A stretch of 64,000 bases of DNA, taken from Octopus vulgaris. Its lineage: Eukaryota. Below, in pieces: positions 39,915 to 51,510 of this stretch; within the stretch, counting starts at the first letter, position 1; the number at the start of each line of letters is the position of its first letter. Position numbers and translations under genes: made by a program. The notes beneath the pieces are model-generated. The model was not told the DNA's origin, searched no databases, and was given only the letters and a program-made list of their open reading frames with translations. The DNA is taken from positions 176,576,001 through 176,640,000 of the forward strand of contig OX597816.1 in NCBI GenBank assembly GCA_951406725.2, written 5' to 3'.

Positions 39915-41058
39915 GAACCCCGTTTGGTCATGACTGACCATGGGCTTGCACCGAGAATGTCTACCTTCTAGGCACAAGTCTGGAAAAAGTTGTTTATGGA
40001 AGACATACATACCAGCCTCCCATCTCCAATGCCACCGATGTTATCCAAGGGAAAGGCAAAGGACAATGAGAGCTTGGCACCAGTGATGTCACAAATCATT
40101 TCTATACCTGAGTGAACTGGAGTAATATGAAATAAAGTGTCTTGCTCAAGAAGGCAACACACAGCTCAGTTTGGGTATTGAAGTCACTACCCCATGATTG
40201 TGAGCCCAATGCTCCAGCCACTGAGTCTCATACATATACGCACACATACATACATACATACGTACGTACATACGTACATACATATATACATACATACATA
40301 AGGCGGCGTGCTGGCAGACTCATTAGAGCGCCGGGCGAAATGCTTAGCGGTATTTCGTCTGTCATTACGTTCTGAGTTCATATTCTGCCGAGGTTGACTT
40401 TACCTTTCATCCTTTCAGGGTCGATAAATAAAGTACCAGTTTCGCACTGGGTGGGGGGTCGATGTAATCGACTTAATCCCTTTGTCTGTCCTTGTTTGTT
40501 CCCTTTAATTTTAGCCCCTTGTGGGCAATAAAGAAATATACATACATACATACATACATACATACATACATACATACATACATACATACATACATACATA
40601 CATACATACATACATACATACATACATACATACATACATACATACATACATACATACATACATACATACATACATACATACATACATACATACATACATA
40701 CACACACACATGCACATACATAAAGATCCCCTTTGGTCATGAATGACCATGGGTTTGCAACTAGAAAGTTAGCCTCCAAGGTACAAGTCCATGTAAGGTT
40801 GTTTATGGAAGACCAGCAGTCGTCCATGCATACCAACCTCGCCTTTCCATGGCACCAATGTAATCCAAGGGAAAGGCAAAGGGGCTGATACAGCTTGGCA
40901 CCAGTGACATCACAACTCATTTCTACAGCTGAGTGAAATGGAACAATGTGAAATGAAGTGTCTTGCTCAAGAACACAACACAGAGTCCAGTCTGGGGATC
41001 GAACTCACTACCTCATGGCTGTGAGTTCAATGCTCTAACTACTGAGCCGCCATGCACT
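39915..41058. mobile_element. SINE cluster: family D (39915-40230 and 40725-41058, minus), family B (40301-40538, plus), (TACA)n at 40537-40700
   Basis: Family D head GGCTCAGT.GTTAGAGC ... GAGTTCGAT; homologous to 44405-44740. Confidence 0.8.
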
Positions 41059-41096
41059 TTGACGCAAAAGTAGTGTTTTTCAACAAAAATATGATA

Positions 41097-41482
41097 ATCA
41101 TCATCATCATCATCATCATCGTTTAACGTCCGTTTTCCGCGCTAGCACGGGTTGGACGGTTCGACCGGGGTTTGGGAACCCAGGGGCTGCACCAGGCTCC
41201 AGTCTGATCTGGCAGTGTTTCTACAGCTGGATGCCCTTCCTAACGCCAACCACTCCGCGAGTGTAGTGGGTGCTTTTTACGTGCCACCTGCACAGGTGCC
41301 AGGGGGGTCTGGCATCGGCCACGATCAGTTGGTGCTTTTAACGTGCCACCGACATGGAAGCCAGTTGAGGCGACGCTGGCATCGGCCACGATTCGGATAG
41401 TGCTTTTTACGTATCTCCAGTCCAGGGGTCCTGGCATCTGCCGGGTGCCAGTCATAGGATTGGTTCAATTTCGATTCCGATT
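41097..41482 (-). mobile_element. RTE 3' UTR fragment
   Basis: Matches ~2435-2753 on the opposite strand. Confidence 0.85.
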
Positions 41483-41554
41483 TAGAAGGATGAAATTTCT
41501 GATCCCAGACTTCTGAGATTCAAAATTTTTTATAATAACATTAAGTCTCCAGAA

Positions 41555-41790
41555 CCCCCCACCACCACCACCTCACCGCCGCTGCCATTATAACCATCAC
41601 CACTGCTGCTGTCACTGCCACCACTTTAACTGCCATCACTGCCATTGCCACCAATGCAACCATGACCACTGTTACCATGATCACTGCCACCGCTACCACC
41701 ACCACAACCATTGTCGCCCCCCCCCACTATCATTTACCACTACCATTACTGTAACCTCTATCCTCATATCTACATCCACTGCCACTACCA
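41555..41790. repeat. Degenerate (CCA)n low-complexity tract
   Basis: Trinucleotide periodicity. Confidence 0.8.
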
Positions 41791-42026
41791 TGATAACCCA
41801 CTGATGCCAACATCAACATTATCAGTATTTTGACATCTGTGTTTTACATAATGGCAAGAGCTGAATAACTTCTGCAATGCAAAATCAACTGTCAAAAATT
41901 GCTGATGTTAATATATTTTGCTTTAAATAGAAGTCATATGCACAATGTGTGTATGCATGCAAATGCATGCATATTATATGAATTGTATGTATTTATAAGC
42001 ATGCTCATACATATAGTATGAACATA

Positions 42027-42196
42027 TGCGCAGGAGTGGCTGTGTGGTAAGTGGCTTGCTAACCAACCACATGGTTCCGGGTTCAGTCCCACTGCGTGGC
42101 ATCTTGGGCAAGTGTCTTCTGCTATAGCCCCGGGCCGACCAATGCCTTGTGAGTGGATTTGGTAGACGGAAACTGAAAGAAGCCTGTCGTATATAT

Positions 42197-42232
<36 letters not shown>

Positions 42233-42450
42233 TTGTGTGTCTGTGTTTGTCCCCCTAGCATTGCTTGACAACTGATGCTGGTGTGTTTACGTCCCCGTCA
42301 CTTAGTGGTTTGGCAAAAGAGACCAATAGAATAAGTACTGGGCTTACAAAGAATAAGTCCTGGGGTCGATTTGCTCGACTAAAGGCGTTGCTCCAGCATG
42401 GCCGCAGTCAAATGACTGAAACAAGTAAAAGAGTAAAAGAGTAAAAGAGT
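42027..42450 (+). mobile_element. SINE family A (full length)
   Basis: Near-identical to 7529-7940. Confidence 0.9.
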
Positions 42451-42552
42451 AATATGCGGATGCAAACATTCACAACACATTCATCATGCTTGCTTCCCAA
42501 CTGCACAGTTCCAGGTGCAATCCAACAACTGCATGGGAATGCATCATTTAGC

Positions 42553-43730
42553 ATGAGGTGGTATCAAAAGGCTCCTGGACTAGTTATGTAACATTGTGCA
42601 GCAATATGCCTGCCCCAGTGTTCCTGCCACTTTTGGAATCTGGCCTGGAAGTTGTTTTCCGTAAGCGAATTGAGAATCTTCTGTGATTTGCTCAGATTCT
42701 CGACAACAGTGATAATCACGGTGTCCTTTGAACTTCCTTTTCATCCTGAGGAAGAGATCGAAGTCCATAGGTGCTAAATCTGGAATCTGGAGAATAAGGT
42801 GGATGCGGATGTGATAGCATACTCTTTTACTCTTTTACTTGTTTCAGTCAGTTGACAGTGGCCATGCTGGAGCACCGCCTTTAGTCGTGCAGGACTTATT
42901 CTTTGGAAGCCTAGTACTTATTCTGTCGGTCTCTTTTGCCAAACCACTAAGTTATGGGGATGTAAATACACCAGCATCGGTTGTCAAGCGAAGTTGGGGG
43001 GACAAACACAGACACACAAACACTCACATACATATATATATATACATATATAAGACAGGCTTCTTTCAGTTTCCGTCTACCAAATCCACTCACAAGGCTT
43101 GGGTCGGCACAAGGCTACAGTAGAAGACACTTGCCCAAGGTGCCACACAGTGGGACTGAACCCGGAACCATGTGGTTGGTAAGCAAGCTACTTACCACAT
43201 GGCCACTCGTTTTTGGTGAGAAACTCATGAGTGAGGGGAGTTCAGTGAAGAATCCAATCCTTTGTGCACCACAGATCCAGTTGCTTTTGCTGAATGTCCC
43301 CCTTCGAATGCTTCAAAACGTTGCAGTAGAACTCTTGATCGATTGTCTGGCCTTGGCGAACAAATTTTCGATGCCCAATACCACATTTCTGGAGTGACAC
43401 TCATGGCAGGTCTTCCAGATCATTCATCATCTTCCAGAGACATTCTTCCACTTTTGAAGCACCCTTACCACTTGAAACATTGCCTCATTGCCTCATTTCC
43501 TATAAGCTTGTCTCTGTAGTAGACTTCCCAAGTTTTACACAAAATTTCACGTTGGCTTTTTGTTCCTGTTCATGACAAAATCACAGACTACAGCATACAC
43601 ATGACCACAGAAGCACAAATTGCACAAATGCTTCAGGAGGGTCACTGCTAGCTCTCGCTGTGCACACAAGTGTATGCTGCCATCTGTTGGTGTGCTACAG
43701 AACTAGTCCAAGAACTTTTTGATATCATAT
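42553..43730 (-). mobile_element. Decayed mariner-like element with inserted SINE A (42822-43208)
   Basis: Imperfect TIRs GGTATCAAAAGGCTCCTGGACTAGTT / AACTAGTCCAAGAACTTTTTGATATC; PDLAPMDFDLF motif. Confidence 0.7.
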
Positions 43731-44012
43731 CCTATAGCCTTGGGTCAACCAAAGCCTTGTGAGTGAATTTGGTAAATGGAAACTGAAAGAAAGCTGATGT
43801 ATATAATATGTGTGTGTGTGTGTGTGTATGTTTACACCTCATGACTTAGCAGTTTGGCAAAAGAGACCAATAGAATAAGTACCAGCCTTAACAAAAAATA
43901 AGTATTGGGTTTGATTCATGTGACTAAAAGTTCTTCAAGACAGTGCCCCAGCATGGCTGCAGTCTAATGACTGAAACAAATAAAAGATAAAACAAAAGAT
44001 ATATATATATAT

Positions 44013-44390
44013 ATAGCAAATAAGTAACAAGGATGTCCAGGTATTAGTGCATTATAGCCATTTCAAGCAGCTCCATTTAATCGATCAGTGCAAGCATTAC
44101 ATCAATTTGAAATAAACCACTTTCCTCGGATGCATAAGACTATATGCATTTTAGCAAAAATTTGCTAAAAAATTATAATGGAGTATCCTTTATGATGAAA
44201 ACCTATATGGTCTTATGCACTGATGTAATGCTTGCATTGATCAATTAAATGGAGCCACTTGAAACAGCCATAATGCACTAATACCTGGACATCTTTGCTA
44301 CTTATTTGCTTTTTATTCACCTAACTTCGTACTGTGGGGACAATACTGGACTGACTCAGTGCCTCAACTGAATCTTAATTATTTCTTATA
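44013..44390. repeat. Fold-back element next to (TA)n
   Basis: 44013-44104 is the reverse complement of ~44220-44309; nested inner inverted repeats. Confidence 0.75.
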
Positions 44391-44404
44391 TCGGAGTCGG
44401 AGTC

Positions 44405-44740
44405 GGAGACCCCCTTCAGTCATGAATGACCATGGGATTGCACCTAGAAAGTTACCCTCCTAGTTACCCACAAGTCCGGGCAAGGTTGTTTATGGAAGAC
44501 TAGCAGTCACCCATATATACAAGCCTTCCCTTTCCATGCCACCGATGTTATCCAACGGAAAGGCAAAGGCTGATACAACTTGGCATCAGTGATGACACAA
44601 CTCATTTCCACAGCTGAGTGAACTGGAGCAATGTGAAATAAAGTGTCTTACTCAAGAACAACACGCAGCCCGCTACGGGATTCGAACTCACAATCTCATG
44701 GTCGTAAGATCGACGCTCTAACCACTGAGCCATGCGCCTT
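44405..44740 (-). mobile_element. SINE family D
   Basis: tRNA-like head GGCGCATGGCTCAGTGGTTAGAGCG ... GTTCGAATCCC. Confidence 0.85.
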
Positions 44741-44865
44741 CACTATTTCTTATATATTTATTATCTATATATATATTTCTTACACACACACACACACAAA
44801 TATATCTTTTATCTTCCATCTTTTATTTGTTTCAATCATGAAACAAGTAAAAGATAAAGCATAAA

Positions 44866-44898
<33 letters not shown>

Positions 44899-44901
<3 letters not shown>

Positions 44902-45630
44902 TGAAATACAATAAAAGGCTTCCAAATAGGAAAGCCATGTGCTAGAAAGAGCAGTAGAAAATTCAAAACCACCAAATAAGGATAAATTTTTGAAAGGAGT
45001 GAAAATTAAAAACGTTTACCATCTGAATTATTTCCCAGACCATGGTTTCTAACTATTTCCAGCAAAATGGCTTTCCTATTTGGAAGCCTCTTATTGTATT
45101 TCTATGTGAATAATATATAGTCTAATGACTAATTCGTTTTTGTGCTAGGCCATTGGTAATAATCATTTCTTATTATCCAATTATTATGTTTAAATATTCT
45201 CTGATAAATTTGTTTGAAATTTTTACCGGCATCCTCTCTGTTGCCGGGTATAATCTGCGTCAGCGCAGTAGTCTGAAAAGTTAGGATATACAAGCAGTTA
45301 GTTTTACATGTGGATCTGGCTGTGTTGTGTATTTGAAATCGAAAGTCTGTCCCACTGATGAAACTGGCCTTCAGCAAATATTTTTTTGCTGGAAATAGTT
45401 AGTAACCATGGTCTGGGAAATAACTGAGATAGTAAACGTTTTTAATTTTCATTCCTTTCGAAAATTTATCCTTATTTGGTGGTTTTGAGTTTTCTACTGC
45501 TCTTTCTAGCACAAGGCTTTCCTATTTGGAAGCCTCTTATTGTATTTCTATGTGAATAATATATAGTCTAATGACTAATTAATTCGTTTTTGTGCTAGGC
45601 CATTGGTAATAATAATTTCTTATTACCCTA

Positions 45631-45635
<5 letters not shown>
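44899..45635. repeat. Element with inverted plus direct repeats, embedded in (TA)n
   Basis: 44905-45067 inverted versus 45384-45548; 45069-45178 direct versus 45515-45628. Confidence 0.8.
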
Positions 45636-45681
<46 letters not shown>

Positions 45682-45857
45682 CGTATGTATCCATGTATGT
45701 ATATATCTGTATATGTGTATGATTACATGTATTCATGTGTGTATATATATATATATTTACATGTGTGTGTGTGCGTGCGTGTGTGTGTGTATAGACATAC
45801 AAATAGAGGGGGGAGAGAAGGGTATGTATGTATCTGTCTATCAATATATATATATAT

Positions 45858-47491
45858 ATCATCAGCATCATCATCATCATCATCATCATCGTTAAACGTT
45901 CGCTTTCCATGCTAGCATGGGTTGGACGAATGACTGAGGGCTGGCGAACCAGATGGCTACACCAGGCTTCAAACTTGATCTGCCAGAGTTTCTACAGCTG
46001 GATGCCCTTCCTAACGTCAACCACTCCAAGAGTGTAGTGGGTGCTTTTATGTGCCACCGGCATGGGGCCAGTCAGGCGGTACTGGCAACCTCGCTCAAAT
46101 CATTTACACATGCCACCGGCACAGGTGCCAGTAAGGCGATGCTGGTAACAATCACGCTCGGATGGTGTCTTTTACGTGCCACCAGCACAGAGGCCAGATA
46201 GCCGCTCTGGCAACGATCACGCTCGGATGATGCTCTTAATACCCTACTAACACAGGGCTAAGGTGCCAGTAAGGCGATGCTGGTAATGATCATGCTCGAA
46301 TGGTGCCCTTTAAGTGCCACTGGCATGGAAGCTGGTTAGCCGCTCTGTCAATGATCACACTCATATGGTGCTCATTGCACTCCGCTAGCACGGATGCCAC
46401 TCATCGAATTCGATTTTGATTTTGATTTGATATCACTTGCCTCAACAGGTCTTCGCAAGCAGAGTTTTAGTGTCCAAAGAAGGGAAAGGTATGCATAAGT
46501 GGGCTGGTAACGCCCCTGGCATAGGCCACGAGATTATGGTCTCACTTGGTTTGCTGGGTCTTCTCATGCACAGCATATTTCCAAAAGTCTCGGTCACTAG
46601 TCATTTCCTCGGTGAGACCTAAAGTTCGAAGGTCGTGCTTCACCACCTCGTCCCAGGTTTTCCTGGGTTTACCTCTTCCATAGCTTCCCTCAACCGCTAG
46701 GGTGTGGCACTTTTTCACACAGCTGTCCTCATCCATTCTCGCCACATGACCAAACCAGTGCAGTCGTCTCTCTTGCACACCACATCTGATGCTTCTTAGG
46801 TCCAGCTTTTCTCTCAAGGTACTTACACTCTGTCGAGTATGAGTACTGACATTACACATTCATCCGATCATACTGGCTTCATTCCTTGCAAGCTTACGCC
46901 TGTCCTCAGCAGTCACAGCCCACATTTCGCTGCCATGCAGCGTGGCTGTTCGTACACGTGCGTCATACAGTTTACCTTTTACTCTGAGCGAGAGGCCCTT
47001 TGTCACTAGCAGAGGTAAGAGCTCTCTGAACTTTGCCCAAGCTGTTCTTATTCAAGCAGTTACGCTTTTACCGCACTCTCCTCCACTACTGACTTGGTCA
47101 CCTAGGTAACGGAAGCTATCAACTACTTCAAGTTTTTCTCCCTGGAATGTGGCAGAAGTTGGTCTCAGAGCATTTTCAGTGTTTATTACTCTTGAGCATC
47201 TGCCACATACAAAAACTATCTTCCCCATTAGCCTTCTTTTGATATTACTCCATCTCTTATGTGTCCATAGCTTACACTGGGTACATCTTATAGAGTTTCT
47301 ACCTACGCCTCTACTACAGATCGAGCAGGGCCATCTACCCGAAGGGATTTGTGGTTTGCCTGCCTTCCTACATATTAGGACCTTGGTTTTAACTAGGTTG
47401 ACTCTAAGGCCTTTCGGTTCTAATCCTTGTTTCCACACCTGAAACTTCTCCTCCAGTTCTGATAGTGACTCAGCAATTAGAGCAAGGTCAT
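45858..47491 (-). mobile_element. 5'-truncated RTE LINE with expanded 3' UTR
   Basis: RT C-terminal ORFs and (GAT)n tail. Confidence 0.9.
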
Positions 47492-47902
47492 ATATATATA
47501 TATATATATATATGTGTGTATATGTCTATTGACTTTTTATACATTCTAGGCCACTGCATTGCATCTATTGCTGACTGTAAATTTGAAAAATTATAGCATA
47601 TAATGATGGGACACGTGTTGTCTTGTCTCTGAGTTATAAGCTAGTTGTTTAGGTTGGTTACTGACGAGGATTCGCCTGGAGATAATATGGTCTTGCTAAA
47701 TTATCTATTAAAAGATAGCAAATGTTATTATTCTGCTAAAGCCATGGTATAACCATTATATAACAAGGTAAAGGTTTTTATTTTTCATTTACTTTGAAAT
47801 TTGCTATAAAATTGTGGTTTTTTATCCGTGTTGGCTGCTATTTCTAGCATGCAAAATTACCTGCTAAAGGGTAATTTTCTATTTTGAAATATATATATAT
47901 AT

Positions 47903-48022
47903 ATTGGCCTGCTCGCTTAGCCAGCAGGGTTGTGTCATTCAAAGGCTAAAACAATGCGAACGCATTGTGACCAGCGATGTGTAACAACATCTGATGGGAT
48001 GGTCGGTCACGTGATCACGTGA
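47903..48022 (+). mobile_element. Isolated SINE C tail X
   Basis: Matches 502-620. Confidence 0.8.
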
Positions 48023-48067
48023 TATATATATATACTTTATTTAAAGCAGCAGAAAATTCAACAAAAC

Positions 48068-48105
48068 CTGTTACTCTGAGTTTCCCGTTGCCGTTCATCG
48101 GACAG
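48068..48105 (-). ncRNA. Minimal type I hammerhead-like motif, U4C core (left arm of a fold-back)
   Basis: CUGU-CCGAUGA-ACG(GCAA)CGG-GAA-ACUCAGAGU-A-ACAG. Confidence 0.55.
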
Positions 48106-48121
48106 TTTGTTCTAGCAAAAA

Positions 48122-48159
48122 CTGTCCGATGAATGGCAATGGGAAACTCAGAGTAACAG
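48122..48159 (+). ncRNA. Minimal type I hammerhead-like motif, U4C core (right arm, CpG-decayed stem II)
   Basis: CUGU-CCGAUGA-AUGGCAAUGG-GAA-ACUCAGAGU-A-ACAG. Confidence 0.5.
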
Positions 48160-48460
48160 GTTTTGTTGAATTTTCCGCTGCTTTAAATAAAGCATATTAC
48201 TCTACCATTGGTATTTGAGTACTCTTTTTTCCACCTTGTTTCACATTTATGTGTTTACTCCGGTGATGATGATGATGATGATGATATATATATAGTCACA
48301 CACATATCCACAACGTTACATACAAATTGTTAATCTAATGCTGTTTCAAGTGCGTAGAATTATCATTCTGGGGTCAATAAATTAAGTATCAGTTTAGTAC
48401 TGGGGTCGATATAATCGACTACCCCCCCCCATTTCAGGTCTTCTGTCTTTAGTAGAAAGA

Positions 48461-48480
48461 ATTATTATTATTATTTTTAC

Positions 48481-48537
<57 letters not shown>
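48461..48537. repeat. (ATT)n microsatellite
   Basis: Trinucleotide run. Confidence 0.95.
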
Positions 48538-48543
48538 CAATTA

Positions 48544-48667
48544 GGGTCTAATGCAATTTCGCAACTCTCCCTGAAAAGTGCACTTTTTTGAAACAATTTT
48601 TTCGGATTCCTACTTTTTAAAAAAAAAATGCATTTTTCAAGGAGAGGTGTGAAACTGCATTAGCCCC
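48544..48667. mobile_element. Short MITE-like inverted repeat
   Basis: GGGTCTAATGCAATTTCGCA ... TGTGAAACTGCATTAGCCCC. Confidence 0.55.
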
Positions 48668-49506
48668 GATTTATTCACCAGCTCCGTCATCTAAAATGTA
48701 GGAATCCCAAAAACTTTTTTCAAGGAAAGAAATGTTTGCAGAAATCTGAGTACATTGATTACATATTTCTTTCATATTTATACCCACACACCCACACACC
48801 CACTCTTACATATGTGGCTGTGTGGTAAGAAGCCTGCTTCCCAGCCACATCGTTCTGGGTTCAGTCCCACTGTGTGACTCCTTGGGCAAGTGTCTTCTAC
48901 TATAACCTCGCGCCGACCAAAGCCTGGTGAGTGGATTTGGTAGATGGAATCTGAAAGAAGCCCGTCATGTATTGTTGATTTTTCAGATTACTGTGTGTGT
49001 AGAAAATAAAATTTTCATTTCTCTCACTGACCATTATATTCTAGCAGTCCTTTCTTTAACTAATTGAGCCGTCACGAGCTGCCTCGTTCAGTTGTCAACA
49101 AGTGACTAACTGATTTTTGCTTGGGGTGTGCTTGCTTATACAAAGATCCAGAAGGATAGATATATCATTGAGAACAATAGATTTAGTTGGTGGTCTTGTT
49201 ATCTCTATTCTAGCTTTTAGTGAAGTAGGAGAGGTTAGAAAGGGTCAAGTGGTGAAGACATTATTTCGGTCTAGCTAAAGGCATCTGGAAAATGTAAAAC
49301 CTCTGTCAGAGAAAAACCATTGTTCCATCATAGGAAAAGTTCTGTTGCAGCATTAATTTATATTTGGCATGCAAGATTCACTACATATAATTGGATTGTT
49401 ACCTAACACTCCATTGTATTTTTGCATGAAACTGATTGGTAAGACCAGCCGTAATGGATACTTCTTAATGCTATAAAATTCGGATAATATATATATATAT
49501 ATATAT

Positions 49507-49857
49507 ATGAAACAACTGCAGCGTGGAAGGTGTTTATAAGCCATTTAAGAAACACACAAAACCGTTAGATTCACTTCAACATTTAAATTTAATTTGTCAA
49601 AATATTTTCGTTGCTTTGAGACCGCAACCTGTTCACTGACAAAACTTCGTGCTGCATCACGAGATGCAGAGATGCAACAGGTTACGGTTCTCAAAGTGAT
49701 GAAAATATTATGACAAATTAAATTTAAATGTTAAAGTGAATCTAATGGTTTTGTGTGTTTCTTAAATGGCTTATAAACACCTTCCACACTTCAATTGCTT
49801 TCGTTCCAGCACACGATCTCAGATCAGGTCACTTGCTATGCAAGTACATCTCTGTAA
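49507..49857. repeat. Fold-back element embedded in (TA)n
   Basis: 49507-49633 is the reverse complement of ~49676-49802. Confidence 0.85.
49593..49643 (-). ncRNA. Minimal type I hammerhead-like motif with a G3-C8 core
   Basis: UUUGUCA-GUGAACA-G-GUUGC(GGUCUCAAA)GCAAC-GAA-AAUAUU-U-UGACAAA: 7-bp stem I, 5-bp stem II, palindromic stem III. Confidence 0.65.
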
Positions 49858-49911
49858 TATATATACATATATATATAATAACAATTTAATAAATAAAACA
49901 TATGCATACAT

Positions 49912-50470
49912 ACATATGGTGGCTGCCCCCTCGTTATCAAGTATGGCCATTGCACAAAGCTTAATCAATGTTGTTATCGTGCAATGCCTATGCAAGAAGA
50001 TTTTTTTTTAAAGTGAGGAAAGGCTGTGCACTGAGTCAATCCCACTCACTAAGCAACAGCAGCCATAATCCGAAAAGAAGAACAAGTCAACATCATCGGT
50101 AGCCACTGAGCCGCAGGTTTTATGTCGGAGTTATCCCAGTTACCTGAGTTACCTTCTCCTAGAAGGATGCCCTGATAAAGGCTGGAAGTCTTTCACTCCC
50201 AATGGTTTAACTGTGCCATCGGGTATTCAGTCCGATTATTTCTATGTCTCCGCGCATGATACAGCCTTAAGACATTTATTGGCTGGTCGTTGACTCTCAA
50301 GAGTTCCTCCGCCCTTTGACGGGTTTTGTTTTTCATCCCGCAGGGTGACCAATAAACACCCTCCTCACCAAGCAAGCTTGGTGGGGTTGCTGGTTTAGTC
50401 GCCGACGACCCGACGACGCAACAGGTTGTACTGGGTTACATGTTACCAGTAGCACTCGAAAGTGACCATA
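49912..50470 (-). mobile_element. GC-rich non-coding element, possibly a non-autonomous RTE derivative
   Basis: CAGCCTT...GGCA...CTAGGAGAAGG..ACTC resembles RTE 5' UTR segments (from recall); flanked by TACA/TA repeats. Confidence 0.4.
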
Positions 50471-50914
50471 CATACATATATGTACATACCTACATCTATA
50501 TATATACATACATGCATATATATATATATGAGTACAGGACACCACAAATAAACGTAGAACACGAGAAACGAAAACATAAAATCAAACAAGAAAACAGACT
50601 TTTTTTAACAACGAAAAACAGAGTACAAGACAAACAATACAAGGAATATTCCCCTTCATCAGTTGCCCCTGGTTCGACTCATTGCGTGTTTCGAAGGTAA
50701 GAGCAGAACACGATCCGGCCGAAGCAGTCCTTCCTGCAAAATGAATTAAATAAAATTCTTTTGCAGAGTGGGGGGGAAAAAAAAAGTGACAAGAACAGGA
50801 CGTAAAAGCAATACAAATGAAGAAAAAACAGTACACATAAAGAATAAAACAGGACAAGGAAACCAACAATAAGGGCCTTTTTTAAGCCTAGACGGTGGAA
50901 AAATTCGTAGGAAC

Positions 50915-50954
<40 letters not shown>

Positions 50955-51279
50955 GTATTCATGTATGTATGTCATTATTCAATTTTACTTCTCGATATCT
51001 TGCTAATAGAGAAAAGGCCGGTTTCTAACCTAGATTCAAGGCTCCTTCATTGGAATTTCAATATCAACAGAGTAACTTTTGTGTGTGAGTGTGCTTGTTG
51101 GAAAATGTATAAAATACATAGGAGTATGTATATTTTTATTCAGCAGTGTGCGCGCGCGTGTATATAAGCATGTGTTTAATATTGCTGTAAAATTCCTGGT
51201 TTTAAACTCATGAAATACAGTATGAATGGAGACACATGTGTTTGTCAAACCCATATTAGCAAGAGAAAGAATGGCAATG

Positions 51280-51510
51280 GTCGTGTTGTTGTTGTTGATG
51301 ATGACGATGACAACGACTACGATGATGACAGCGGCGGTGATGCTGGCGGCAGCAGCAGCCGTGACGTTGATGATGATGATGATGATGCCGATGACGACAA
51401 CTACGACCACGACGACGATGATAAAGGCAATGAAGGTGGCGACGGCGACGACCATGACGATTATGATCTTGATCACGATGTCTATTTTGATCACAACGAC
51501 TACGGTGATG
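51280..51510. repeat. Degenerate (GAT/GAC)n tract
   Basis: Trinucleotide periodicity giving overlapping low-complexity ORFs. Confidence 0.85.

Noticed and set aside
47660-47695. CTGACGA plus a small hairpin as another hammerhead
   Set aside because: No GAAA, stem III or stem I
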